A stretch of 61,739 bases of DNA, filler included, from Choristocarpus tenellus KU-1152 (taxonomy: Eukaryota > Protista > Phaeophyceae), in assembly GCA_964200185.2 (NCBI GenBank). It is 9 parts of 9 records of this genome, joined end to end, with 100 filler letters (N's around TTAATTAATTAA, not from the genome) between each part and the next. Parts side by side here need not be neighbours in the genome. Positions count along the whole stretch, not along the records: positions 25,831 to 29,781 come from CAXNAD020016970.1; positions 29,882 to 38,278 come from CAXNAD020004761.1; positions 38,379 to 47,936 come from CAXNAD020003579.1; 6 more parts are not named here. One strand, 5' to 3'. The notes below the pieces were generated by a model that saw only the letters and a program-made list of their open reading frames with translations, was not told the origin of the DNA and ran no database searches. The translations under genes and the position numbers were made by a program. Shown in pieces: positions 26,038 to 38,717 of this stretch (its first letter is position 1; the number at the start of each line of letters is the position of its first letter).

Positions 26038-29000
26038 ATACATAGACCACCATTCCCAGACCGTTCCCTGCTCCGTCCTCAGCACGTTCTTCAAGGCCTT
26101 CCAAGGGTGGCTCTTCAGGTAGAAAACCATCTCTAGGTTCGGGGGAAAGCTGAGAAGTATTAATATACATGTATCTAGCTGAGAATTTTCATTCTATTAT
26201 GAATTATGTTATCTACTGTGTATATATTCTTGGTTGAGTTGGGGATAGGATGAGTTGAGCTCCTGTTCAGTTCGAAGTGATAGAAGTCTGATTTAGTTTA
26301 GTTTAGTTTAGTTTAGTTTCATCTAATGTGATTTGCCATTGTCCAATCTCTACTCTAGCCTATCCTTTAAATGGTCTCTAGTCTGGTTTATCTTAGTCCA
26401 GTGTAGTCAATAAATAAGCAAATTAGTCCAAGTTTTGTTTTGTGCTGTCAATATAAAGTTCAAAATCATGACACTTATCTTAACAACCTCAACTACAAAA
26501 AGATATTTGTAACCTATTTAATGAGGGAGACTGGGGGAGGGGGGAGGAAGGGAAGATTAGTCAAAGCAGAGTCCAATTCAAAGAATTTTCGGGTGGTACC
26601 AGTACGGCATATCCACTAATCATTTGAGCTGTCACTACAACAGACTCAAAGTACCTGCGGGGGGGGGGGGTTTACACCAGGGTATCCATTCGGGCCCTGA
26701 CTAGGAGAAGTGAACTTACATTACCCACCTGACGCATGCAACCAAATAAAACAAAAAATCGTGACATGGAAAAATGGGCCCTGAATGGACAGCTGCCAGC
26801 CCCCCCCCCAGATACTTTGAGCCACGGCCCAGTAAAAAATCTTCCCCATCCACTACAAACTCCACTTACTTGATTGATCATTGGTAAGGACTCCATTGTT
26901 ACGTAATCGACTCTCCCCTGCAGTCACCGTCCATACCCCCCTCCCCCACAAATTAGAGCATCTCATTGTCCAGTCGCATGTGTATATGTAACACAACTCA
27001 AATCTGCCTTTAAAATCCCAACTCAAAGGTCTGGTCTCAAGCCAACAGCACCCTTCACCATACCTACAAACAAGAAAATAGACCCTGCACACCACGCCAA
27101 CAACGCCACCCAAAAACACCACACCACCTCAATAAAACCCTAACCTTACCCCCCCCCCCCCCCCCCCCAAAAAAGAAAAAAATCTCACAGCTCGATATGC
27201 CCTCAAGAAGCAAAAGTAAAAAAAACAACAAGTGCAAACAGCACTGAAAGAAAGTTAAAAACAAACAAACATAGGTTCCTCCTGTCATCACATGCATAAC
27301 ACAACCCTAACCCCAACTAGCCCTCCCAATAAGCACAGCACTAATAGTAAACAGTACAGAGTCCGTAAGCGCTTTGCTTGGAGAGGCACCTCACCCCTTG
27401 ACCCTTGAGGACAGTTGACCAGCAAGCTGAAGTAGCAAGGTACTCTTGCCCACCCCAGGGTCACCGCCAAGCATCACTACACTGCCAGGGACAAGTCCAC
27501 CACCTAGCACACGCGGGAGCTCTGAACCAGGCAATGGAAGGCGTCTCTGGTGTTCATCTGAAGAATTGAATCGAATTTATTCCCCAACAACAATGATAAC
27601 ACCAAAGTGGTAGGGCGAAGACGTTGCACAGAAACAGGTCAAGAGTATGTTCTTAATCGATTCATGCATTTGATTTAAATTGTACTAGTATTTATTGCAT
27701 ACATCTGATTTAAATTGTACTAGTATTTATTGCACACATCTGATTTAAATTGTACTAGTATTTATTGCATACATCTGATTTAAATTGTACTAGTATTTAT
27801 TGTATTTCTATTATCTTAATATAAACATATATTTTACTTTCTACTTTCAGATCCATTCTTTTTTTCAACTCCAACTTTTGAAGGATCAGCAGCCCAAGAG
27901 TTAATGCGTGCAATTTTTCTTCTGGGTGTTCTGGGTATGTTAAAACATGGTTTGTTAAAACAACATGACTGCAGTTCAGGTGGGTGGTCCTATAGAAACT
28001 GACAACGGTATAATGTCTTACCTTATACCACTGCTAGTGATACATATATAACTCGTATTCTATCATACAATAACCCTCCAACCCCCAAAATTTAGTTGAC
28101 ATCAACCTATGACTTCTCAAGAAAAATCGGCTGTCCTCACATTCTGCACTAAAGAGAAAAAAAGTCTAAAAATGACTAAAAAATAGAAATAAATAATAAT
28201 AATAATAATAAAAAAAAAAAAGGCATTTCTTTTAGATTGCTACCAGAGTGCAAGTATAGCAGTACAGCTACTCATACCACAGATTTTTAGTTCATAATGA
28301 TAAAAAAACCTATTGAGCAGCAAGGCATCTGTCTCTTTTTTTTCTCAAATATAACCCAACTACTATCACTGTTTGCTGCAGAGGACCTTTCCGGTAACCA
28401 ACACACACAAATCTGATGTTGAGTTCCTTACATTTTCTTCTTTAAAAATAAATAAATCTCTTATTGCCCTTTTTTTATTCCCAACTATGATAACGCCTTC
28501 CAACACACCACCAATAAAACAAAATAAAATAAAACTCAAAAGTATCGTCAATCCTGCCTCCTTGGAGTGTCAGGGAATCTACTACACAAGCAATATTATT
28601 TTATTTGAAAAAAAATGAAAAAACAAAACCAATGACACTCTGTAAGTACAAACAACACCACTGTCATTTGGTATACCTCTATACTGGCAGTATACCTTCC
28701 AACGTCACGCCAATCCGCCAATATCCCAAGATCCGATTGGCCGGAATCTGCTACCTCTCCTACAAATGCCCACACTGCCAAACTCCTGTCTGTACTTACT
28801 AATTATTAGTACTAGTACTAACTAGTCATTAGTATTAGTACTTACTAATTACGATTATTATTACTCACTAATTATTAGTACTAGCGCTCACTAATTATTA
28901 TTATTATTACCACTTATTAATTAATAGTATTATTTCCCTTGTACCGACAGCGTAATGACTGTATAAACTATCAACTATGAAATAGAGATGAACCTGGTGT

Positions 29001-29656
29001 GGACTGGTGGGACTGAGAACTACCCATGGCATAAAAATCAAAGTATGTTTTCATTAAAACACAAAACACACACACACACCACAAACACACAGAAGTCCTG
29101 TTTCCCACATCCCGTGTCCTTCACCTCTTGGAACCACGCTAAGGTGTGAAAACAAAAATAAATAAATAAATAAATGCAAACCCCCCCAACAACACAACAC
29201 CACTGTTCAAAAACTCTCCTGTTTTTTTCTGTAGTAAAAAAAATAATATAATATAATATAATATAATATAATATAAAACATATATGTATATATAGGGAAA
29301 GATGAAAGATGGAGCAATGTACATCGCCTCAGCTCTACTCTGTGGGTAAGTGAGTATCGCCACTCACTCTTTTCTTTTCTTTAATATTACATTTTATTTT
29401 TGTTGTTGAATTAAATACTTCAAATAAACAAAAGAAAGTTATGAGTAAGAAATACCACTATTACAACAGTGCTTGCTGCTGTAACGCCTGCACTCTGAAT
29501 ACTTGATGCCAACATGAAACACCAACAAGATAATACTACCACAGCACAGCACAACACAACACAACATAACATAAGATTTTGTATAACACACAACAATGCA
29601 CTGTCTGCTCAAGACACACTATGGTGACACCTGGGTGGAAATGGGGATCCCTCAAG
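26038..29656 (+). CDS. Internal exons of an unidentified protein
   Basis: Phase-consistent chain 27851-27934, 28691-28791, 29296-29345, 29614-29656 giving [36 protein letters not shown]...[36 protein letters not shown]. An extra candidate exon at 26038-26118 does not link in phase. No family recognised. Confidence 0.45.
26643..26823 (+). mobile_element. MITE family A, full-length copy
   Basis: TIRs GACTCAAAGTACCTG+G-run and C-run+CAGATACTTTGAGCC; flanks ACA/ACG (possible 3-bp TSD with one change). Confidence 0.88.
27671..27803. repeat. 35-bp tandem repeat, about 3.7 copies
   Basis: Unit TGATTTAAATTGTACTAGTATTTATTGCATACATC. Confidence 0.9.
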
Positions 29657-30128
29657 GTAAGAACAGGTCACACCATGCAAGAAGTCCAGTGATACCCAAG
29701 TGAAATCATTAGTGGCACAAAACAATGGAAGTTACACAACAAACAAGGTCAACACACATTTCAATATCATTTCTTCCCCCCNNNNNNNNNNNNNNNNNNN
29801 NNNNNNNNNNNNNNNNNNNNNNNNNTTAATTAATTAANNNNNNNNNNNNNNNNNNNNNNNNNNNNNNNNNNNNNNNNNNNNGTGTTTGTCCCTCTCTGCC
29901 CCCTGCTTCCCCCCTCCCCCAGCTCACTTCACCTCCATATACTACAGCACTGTTTGCTGGCTGCCTACCTTTGATTGGTCTTCCTCTGTATCTCATTGTG
30001 GCAGCTAATCCCTGAATCAATAATAGAAACTCCGCTTCTTTTCCCCTCGTGCATCCCCACATTCTCCGCTCAGCTGTCAGCAAACAGCCTACTAATGCCA
30101 CAGCCCAAACCTCACATGTCTACTACAG

Positions 30129-33100
30129 GTAAAAGTACGAGGTGTCAGGGTTTCCCTAGAGGGGGCTGAGGCCCTCGGCTGCAAGGCCGTAGGAGTCCCT
30201 ATGGGATCTTTGGTATTTGCCTGGGACCCAGGAAGAAAAAACCCGGATGAAAGTGATGATGGCGTGGGCAGGATGAGCTCAATCACTGCGGCTACTGATT
30301 CTGCTGTGGTTGGAGAATCCAATGCACCTGACCGCGGGAGGCTGCTTGGTTTTTACGAGACTCCGGAAGCAGCTTCAACAGCAACAGCAGCAGAGGCTGA
30401 GGTGTGCGTCAATGAAGGAAGATCGCCTGGGGTGTGGGAGAGTTCCGAGGACCTCAAGAGGCTACTGGCAAAGGAGCTGAGCCCTGCGCAGTTGCCTTCA
30501 TTACTGATCTCTGTCCCTGGACGGTTTCCCTTAACGACGAGTGGCAAGGTGGGCTTCATCCTGGAGTTTGTAGGGTGACGAGGTCTTGAGGGACTTGATT
30601 TCGATATTTTCCGTTGCACTTGGTAGTTGCTGTTGTGCTGTTGTTCGTTGTCTGTGGCACGCAGCTGGTTTGTCTGGCCCGTCCGCTTCTTGGGTACTCT
30701 TTTCTTTTTGCATTTTTTTTTTCTATGGCAGGATTGTGGGGTAGTGATCAAACGTGTTGGAGGACAAAGCAACCGTGTAAGTTATTTTTTGCCTTCAGAA
30801 GAGTTGACTTCCTACAGCCGTACTGCAGCTGCTTTAGACTCTGAAAAGAACACCCATCGCTTGATCTTTTTTTTGGCACACCCATGTCACACCCGCTTAG
30901 TGAGAGGTGTGCTTCCTTCGCCTCTTCAGCACACCAATATTTAACTTGTGCACAGTATTATTTCTTCTGTTTCTCCCACCTTCCTCGTAAAGTGATTGGA
31001 ACGGACAAACCAAAAAAAAAGAAATTCTTTGCGCTATGTTTTTCTTCTTTTTCTTCTTTGAGAGCGTAGGTTGACAGGCAACGCCTCCTTCGGCTCTACC
31101 GAGAATATGGCAACAGCAAGTCGAGACTGCCCAGCTCCCCTGACCTTGAGGCTGGGACCTGTGGCAACATAGCCATTCGAGGACGGCATGGGCCTGCTGG
31201 TGATAGACTTGAGGCAGCACGAACTGCTGTGGCTAAGGCAGTGTGTGTGACACTCCCTGGTGTGAAGGAGAGATTAGAAAAGTGGCTTTCATGCAGTCCT
31301 TCGATAGAATCATTCGAAACATCCATAGCCTCTTTTGAAGGGAAGGATCTGTCTTTCTTGTCGAAACCATTGCAAGGAGAAGCTGGAGGAATAGTAGGAG
31401 TGGGCAAATCAGGGTTGCAGGGAGAACTGATTGACCTAAGCTTCACAGAGCTGGGTGGGACTTCAATGCTTGCAGTTGAGGCGGCCTGGCTTGCTTCGTG
31501 TGATAGAGATACAGAGGGAGGTGTGACTGCACCACTCCCATTATTGGGTGCAAATATTGTAAGCCCCGCGGTAGAACAGCAACTACAACTACAGGCTTCA
31601 GACCTTCTCAGTGGGACATTGAATGATGCTGCTGCTCGCCTTGTTGAGGTCTGGTCGATGTGCAATGGCAGACATGCTGCAGACGTGTTGTCGACAGGAG
31701 TTGGAGCTTCAACTGTTGAGTTTTCACTACACCCATCAAGACCACTGGTGAGTCCTATCAGAAAGCCTCCATATGGTGCCTCTGGGGACTGCTCTGGGTC
31801 CCAAAAGGATCTCCTGGTAGTGAAAGGGACAGACCATCTGCTTGAGGAAGTACAGGCACCTGGCAAAGGACCAAACGGAGCAGGAAAAGTTGAAGAGATT
31901 CATGCTGAGGCATCAGATGGTCGACTGATGTCCCACCAAGGGAGAAAGAGACGGAGACCACGGGAGGCTCAACCGGACTCCTTGTACGCAGTCCCAGATG
32001 TCCATGAATTGCCTAGATCTTTCTTGGCAGTGGGACGTGCTGGTTCTGGACTCGGCACACACTCGAGAGCATGCTTGGAGGGTGTAGGCGAGGTCATGCC
32101 ATCGAGGGTAGAGATTCAAGTCAAGTGGTCAATGTGTCTCAAGAAGTGTATTGATGCCACGCCACTGGTGGTTGTCCCACACAGCCCAACCCCTACTACT
32201 GATGTACCCCCTGCTCCCACAATGAGGATGGGTGTTGAAACTGTCACTGTGACCAGTAAAGGTATGGGAGGAGGAGTCGAAGTTGAGACTTGGAGAAGAA
32301 ATGGAGTCCAGTCTACTCCAAACTCAGGTTTTTGTGGGATCACTTCCAGGTCATTAACTAGCGCACCCTGTAACCCTAACACTGAGGAAGATCGGTACCC
32401 ATGTTGCTGCTGCTGGATGCCCTACCAAGGCATCAATTGGAACAAGCATTCGGAAGGGAAAGAGCAGCCAGCTTCCTTGAAGAGAATATCTCCCACACTA
32501 GGTAGGCAAGGGGAGTTTTTGCTGCCTGGGTCTCCAGAGACGTCTGAGCCTACGATGTCAACTAGTGTATTGAAAGGCAGAGGTAATCTGGATGAGGCGG
32601 TTGTGTATATTGGGTCACACTCCGGTATCTTTCAAGCGCTTAATCTTCAGTCTGGAGAGCTCAAGTGGTCGGTGAGCCTGGGTGGGCGAATAGAATCTGG
32701 AGCAGCATACTCTACCCACAGAAGTGGTGGCATTTTGTTTGTAGGATGCCATGATGGTCTCATCTATGCCCTTGGGAGTGACCAGGGGAATGTTGTATGG
32801 ACATTCCAGACAGGTGATGTAGTGAAGTGCACCCCTGTTACACTTTGCAATGACATATGGTCAGCAACAGACCTTAGTACCAATGCAAATGTGGGTAGTG
32901 GTGCTGTGGACACCTGCTGGAGAAATGAGGAGACTCAGGGAGGGGATGGTAGGGCTCAAGATGACCCTTGTGCGACTGACAAAGCTGACATGCCTTCTAA
33001 TCTTGGTTTCAAGGGTGTAATTCTCACCGGGTCACATGATGGTTGGCTATACTGTCTCTCTCAATGTTTGGGACAGCTGAGGTGGAAAGTGGATTGTGGG

Positions 33101-34586
33101 GGCTCCCTTTTCGCATCCCCAGCACACGACCCCAGTACTGGGGCGATTTATGCCTGTACCATCAAGGGGTGTCTCCTCTCAATAATTCCTACTGAGGTCC
33201 AGACAAGCACCACAAACGGTGCTATACCTTTGGCCCACTCTGCTGATTCCATTGCTGCCTCTAACACCACTGAGGTAGATTGCAAAGTTGCAGGAGATGA
33301 TACAGCTGGGTGGCCCAGGGTATCATGGGAGCGATGGCTCCCCGCACCATGTTTTTCTACCCCTGCTGTGTGTCATGCCACAAGCACATTGATCCTAGGC
33401 TGTGTGAATGGCGGTGTTTATTGCTTTTCGGCAGAGGGTGAAGAGATTTGGGCTTGCCTTCGAGCTACCAAGCCTGTGTTCTCATCACCATGCTTGTCTG
33501 CACTTCTGCTCCCCAAGTTGGAACGTCATAGTGGTGTGCATCTTGAACAAGGTGCAGGAGCTGCGGTCTTCAAGGGAGCTGCTATCATAGGCTCTCATGA
33601 CGGGTACAGTATGAAAACAAACGCTCGTCTCTTGCATACTGACCAAAAACTGCCTCATAATTACATTTAGTGTTGTGCTGCACTTGGAAGCTTATTTTCT
33701 CAAACAGAGCAAAGATTATGGTGGGTTTCAGAGGGGGTGAGGCAATGGTAGAGTGTTAAAAACCCTCCCTAACACCATGCTGTTCATGTTGTTCAGAGAT
33801 CAGGAGGACATGCACTCATATTGAGTATTGGCTGTAAGCCCTTGCCTCAAACGTGACTACTGGAGGCCTCTTATCCGTAATGTTTCTCTTAGCTCTTTCA
33901 CTGTGTCCTCTCTCTCTCCAATTGAGGTCATCCCATCGTTGTTGGTATCCAGTGCTTTCCCCTCTCCTGTCTCTTCCCTTTTGACTGAATTTCTTGCTCA
34001 AAACGGTACTTTCCTTCCTACTAACTAAAAAATTACATAGTAAGCCATCTCTCACCATGATCCATCATTCTCACACACTCTCACAACAGACACCCGCCGC
34101 AATGCAACCCTGGTTTTGCCGCTCCTCCCTTAACTGTGCATGCTCAAATGGATGCCCTCATGTTCATGTTTCAGGATCCTCCGTTCAGTATCAATCACAA
34201 GTGGGTGCATCCTGTGGGAGACACTTGTGGGGGAACAACACCAAACTGACCCCCCAGGTGCAGGCCCTTCAAGGGTAGAAAAGGTGGGGCAAACTCCTGG
34301 GCTTACGAAGGGCTCCAGCGACCCACTATTTGCATCAGCCTTTGTTTCATTGACTCCCTGCTCGGGTTGTGCTCAGCCCTGTCCCCTAGTGTACACTTGT
34401 GCCGCATCATCAGGATCTGTTGCTGCCCTCCGTCTCTCTGATGGTGCAATTGTGGGCCGAACAACTCTCCTGGGAGAGTTGTTCTCCTCACCAGTGTTGG
34501 TTGGACCGTGGCTGGTGGTAGGGTGTAGGGATAATCATGCCTATGGCATGTTGACAAAGGCGTGGTGCATGAAATGCAGCTCCTAG
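30129..34586 (+). CDS. AASDH: AASDH/ACSF4 (plant AAE19)-like NRPS-type protein: adenylation C-terminus, carrier (T) domain and PQQ-like beta-propeller; 5' part lost at gap
   Basis: Exon 30129-30548 (A8-like VKVRGVRVSLE; A10 FPLTTSGK|VDR). Exon 31070-33603 (T domain SFTELGGTSMLAV; propeller repeats VYIGSHSG...KWSVSLGGRIES, LFVGCHDG...WTFQTGDVVKCTP, TGSHDG...GGSLFASPA, PCFSTP, PVFSSP). Exon 34175-34586 (GELFSSPV...VVGCRDNHAY). Confidence 0.88.
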
Positions 34587-36169
34587 GAGGTCTGAGGAGG
34601 AAAAAGTGAGATTTTTGACACCAGGATGAATAAATGGAACATACAACAGGGGCATGTCAAAGCACTTCCTTTTTTTTTCTTCTATAGTAACCATCAACAA
34701 CACATCGTATCTTGAAAGTATGACCTCGTGTGAGGGCATACTGTTGGGATTGTAGTGCGAAATAGGAGGTTGTGTTTGTGACGACTACTGTAGATAGAGG
34801 TCAGCAAAGACTACTAAATGTATGGAAAACGACTCACGTCATGGATATGAAAATTTATTTTTCTTTCTTTCGTGTTTTGACCAATAGGCACATCTTTTAT
34901 TACTTGTGTGGTAAGATGTGCTGGGGTACACTGAATGGGGGATATTGAGCAGCCCTAGAAAAAGAAGTGAACATATTTTGGACTCTTAGGTGTGGAAAAC
35001 CCAATCAATAAGACAGGTTTTGAACCAAGATGAAACTGAGCAACACCCCGGCAACTGGCACCGTTGCCTTCACCCAGGGCCAGTTTTGTCGTGGAGACCT
35101 AGCATCTAGAGGTGTGATGAATAGGTGTGGTAAAGATAATGAGCGTAGGTGTGATGAATAGGTCCTGACCAGGTAATAACTAGTCCCGATTGAAAGCAAC
35201 TGTGCCACTTGACAGTGAACTGAAGTAGATGCTGTAGTATTTCTCTACAAATAAAATGGAGAAAAAACTAATACATCTTTTATTGGTGTGTGTGTGCTAT
35301 GACAATTGATGTACAGTAATGCAGATCGTCGACCATTGGGTTGTTGGAGATAAGAAATGCTTTGAAGTACTTAGTACTCCAGCAAAATACTTTAATTGGG
35401 GAAAGCGCTTGCTGAACAAACAAATTGCCGCCAAGATGTGAAGGCGGAATTGGCGTGGTTTCAACGAGTGTACACCTTATATACAAATAAAACAGGATCA
35501 GAACAAACTACTTCGTCCCAGCCACCGTCTAACACAACAAAAAATACACTGGAGAATATCCCTGATACAGCAAGAGGTACAGCACATCTTATCTCCATCA
35601 CTCAGCTAACACACACTTGTTTCAAACTTCAAATACTGCAAAAATTAATGCAGTGGAACAACAATATCAAAATGCAACAATATAGGATCACACGATGAAA
35701 GACGTTCACATCGGTCAAATAAATAAAAACAGGAAAATGATGCAGAATATATAGTTCTTGGGTACATGTAATGAACTAACTGCAACATGAACCAAATGCA
35801 AAACGATACCCAAACTTAACAATGCAGGATCTTGGCACCCTATGTAGGTATCTTGATCCCAACTGCCCACTTCAGAGGTCTTTAACTACACTAATCTTCA
35901 CAAAGCAGTTACCCTCGTGTGATCACCAACCCTTTCCTCCTACCTCAATTAACTTCTTGTGTTACTTTTGATTTGAATGTTTGATTCATGAGTTATGAAA
36001 GTGGCCACACCAGTATGACAACAGCTCTACCAAAAACGTTTTCTCAAAAAACACAAACTACCTAAGCGAATGAAAAGACTCAATAGCATGTCACGTATGG
36101 AAATCCCCTTCACAAATCATGCCCCCCACAGTCTCTTGAAGACAAACAATCCTCCACATCTCATCATCA

Positions 36170-37956
36170 TCAATCAATCTTGATGGAGGAGTAGATAGTT
36201 CTCAGAAACCAAAAACTAGCAATGGTGCCCACTGCCCCTGCCATTAGAAACATCATTGCTGCGAGCAGGAGCATGTACCCAAAGTATACCAACATTGCTG
36301 AGAAACCCTGTGTGGAATATTGAGACGGGGTGATGGCTGGTGATTATGGGACATGACACACAAAAAGGAACATTTGCATCAATATGACTGCCTACATGCT
36401 AGATTGAACCAATAGAAACCCTTGAACCTTTAAACTATGCCTATCTCATCAATCTTGACATATGACTCCAGAGTAAAAGAAATGGACATGTGGGTACATG
36501 CTCCAAGAATAAATGCCACCAGAAAGTGAAGAGGGACCCTTAGAACTCATCAGTACCCCCACCTCGAATACTTTTACTCTGGAGTCATGTCAAGATCAGT
36601 GAGATAAGTGTAGGTTTAAAGTTCAAGGCATGCTATTTTTTTGGCTGTATTGCGACCTCATTCACCTAACAGCACCAATTTAATTATAAAAAAAGAGTAA
36701 AAGAAAAATATGTACTAACATTCAGCACAGCCAAAACAAACAAACCCTCTGAGATACTTCGACTCTCTACACAAACCACATACCTATTACATGAGAACCA
36801 AAGAGGCAAAAGCAGTTACGTCTGAAAAGAAGGACACGAAAACTACTACCACGGCATGCAACAAGCAAAGTATCGCCAATTGGTTGGTGACTGCATAGAA
36901 CTGACATGCAGTGGAAGGTCTTGAGTGATCCAGCAGAGGTAAGAAAAGTGTGGAGGAGAGGAAGAGGGACTTGAAGCATACATCTTGTATCTTAATTGGG
37001 TAGGTTGGACAACACGATAAAATCACCTCCAACATGCACTTGCGGAGTACTACGAGACACTTTGTCAGAGAGGGTTCTTCTATAACAATGTAATGGCGTT
37101 TGTGCCGTAAGACAAGAAAGCAAAGCATAGTAGAATCGAAATCACTCCCAGCACCAACAACTAAATCGCTTCATGGGAAGGCGTGTACAAGCGATATATT
37201 CAGCGCTTACAGGTAGAATGGAGAACTGAACTGAACTGAACTGAACTGAAAATAATCAAATATATTCGATTACAAAGGGTCCATTCACTGCATGAATGCA
37301 GAAGTACAAATTCCCAATCTCCAAAGAGGCGACGTACCAAGGGCACATTCGTTCCAATATACATACACATACATACATACATACATGTATATGTAACAGA
37401 AATACTACAACTCCAATTTCTAATTTAGATCAAAATCACAATTCTAGTCAAATCGTAGCGGTTCAATCGTCGCAATTCTCTAACAAACCCAAGAAACGCA
37501 AACCAGACCACAAAACAAAACAAAAGCCAAACAACAGCCAAACAACAAAAACACCAATCGAGTAACAACTGCTTCGAAAAAATAAATAAAAATGGGAACA
37601 GTTCACACACACACACACAAACTTCCCATTTACTTTCAGAACATTACAAAAAAAAAATAATCGAAAAAAACGATCGCGATCAAAACACAGCCTCATATCC
37701 AGGTAGAGGTCATCAGCAACAAATATATTCCAAACCGTACCTTGGCTTTGCACGACATCACGACATTCTGTGTAGGAATACCCTACTACTACGTCAACGA
37801 AGAAGTCAAAGAAGGAGTTGCCGCTGGAGGGAGCTAGCTTCCCAACTCACATCCAAGTGGAGGTTGTTGGTGCAGTACCAGATGGCATATAAACAAATGT
37901 ATCCTCCTGAAGAGCCGGTGCAAAGGAAGGAACGCCACCACCACGCATAATTCTCC
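36170..37956 (-). CDS. TM9SF: Transmembrane 9 superfamily (nonaspanin/EMP70) protein, last two exons
   Basis: Exon 37956-37851 (ENYAWWWRSFLCTGSSGGYICLYAIWY...) and exon 36307-36170 (GFSAMLVYFGYM...GAVGTIASFWFLRTIYSSIKID*), with the C-terminal KxD motif. Confidence 0.93.
36412..36636. mobile_element. Foldback MITE with about 60-bp TIRs in the last TM9SF intron
   Basis: CCTTGAACCTTTAAAC...TCTTGACATATGACTCCAGAGTAAAAG at 36420-36479 is inverted at 36571-36628. Confidence 0.8.
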
Positions 37957-38717
37957 CTATCAGACACGTCAGACACGTCAGATCGCTATCGGCATCAAGG
38001 GTGAGTGCTTATGAGAGTGAACACAACACGGAGTAGTCATAACCACAAAATCGCAACACACCGAAGAGTCGAAGAAGGTACAGCTAACCCTAACCCTAAC
38101 CCTAAAATCATTATGATTCAGTAGGTAGCGACTTCATTTCTTTTTCTAAACAACCAAACCGAGTCAAATTGACAACGCCATTGGCTGCAACACATCATAC
38201 AACTCCCTCTCCTGCAGATCAATCGAAATAATAATAATAATAAGAAGAAGAAACATCTAAATTGATCTCTCTGCCCCCNNNNNNNNNNNNNNNNNNNNNN
38301 NNNNNNNNNNNNNNNNNNNNNNTTAATTAATTAANNNNNNNNNNNNNNNNNNNNNNNNNNNNNNNNNNNNNNNNNNNNCTTTGGCTCTTTAGAGTCTATT
38401 CCTCTCTTTTCGTCGGGACTTTTCCTCTCTCACTGCCCAACCCTGTACCCTGTAGGACATCAAGGCTGGTCGAAGGGATGGTACAATGTGATGGTGTGAA
38501 TCTGTCAGCAGTGTAACTATAGCAATACTTCAGAGGTGTGTGTTTTTGCCACCGACAGCACCTGTTTCAATTGATCTATAACCTTTCCCTGAAAAAAAAA
38601 ATCCTGGAGAGGTGCGGAAATTGCGTGACTTCCTACAGGTTGCTTATGGTTTCCCTTCAGCTAACCACTACTACTATGCCCCACCCTGCCTGTGACTTGA
38701 TGTCCCATTCGGGATAG

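Noticed and set aside
31096-31866. 256-aa minus-strand ORF
   Set aside because: Antisense shadow of the AASDH exon.
4690-34586. Thioesterase, FMN oxidase and NRPS-like gene as a biosynthetic gene cluster
   Set aside because: The three genes are on different contigs joined by artificial linkers, and GOX and AASDH are widespread housekeeping-type genes.
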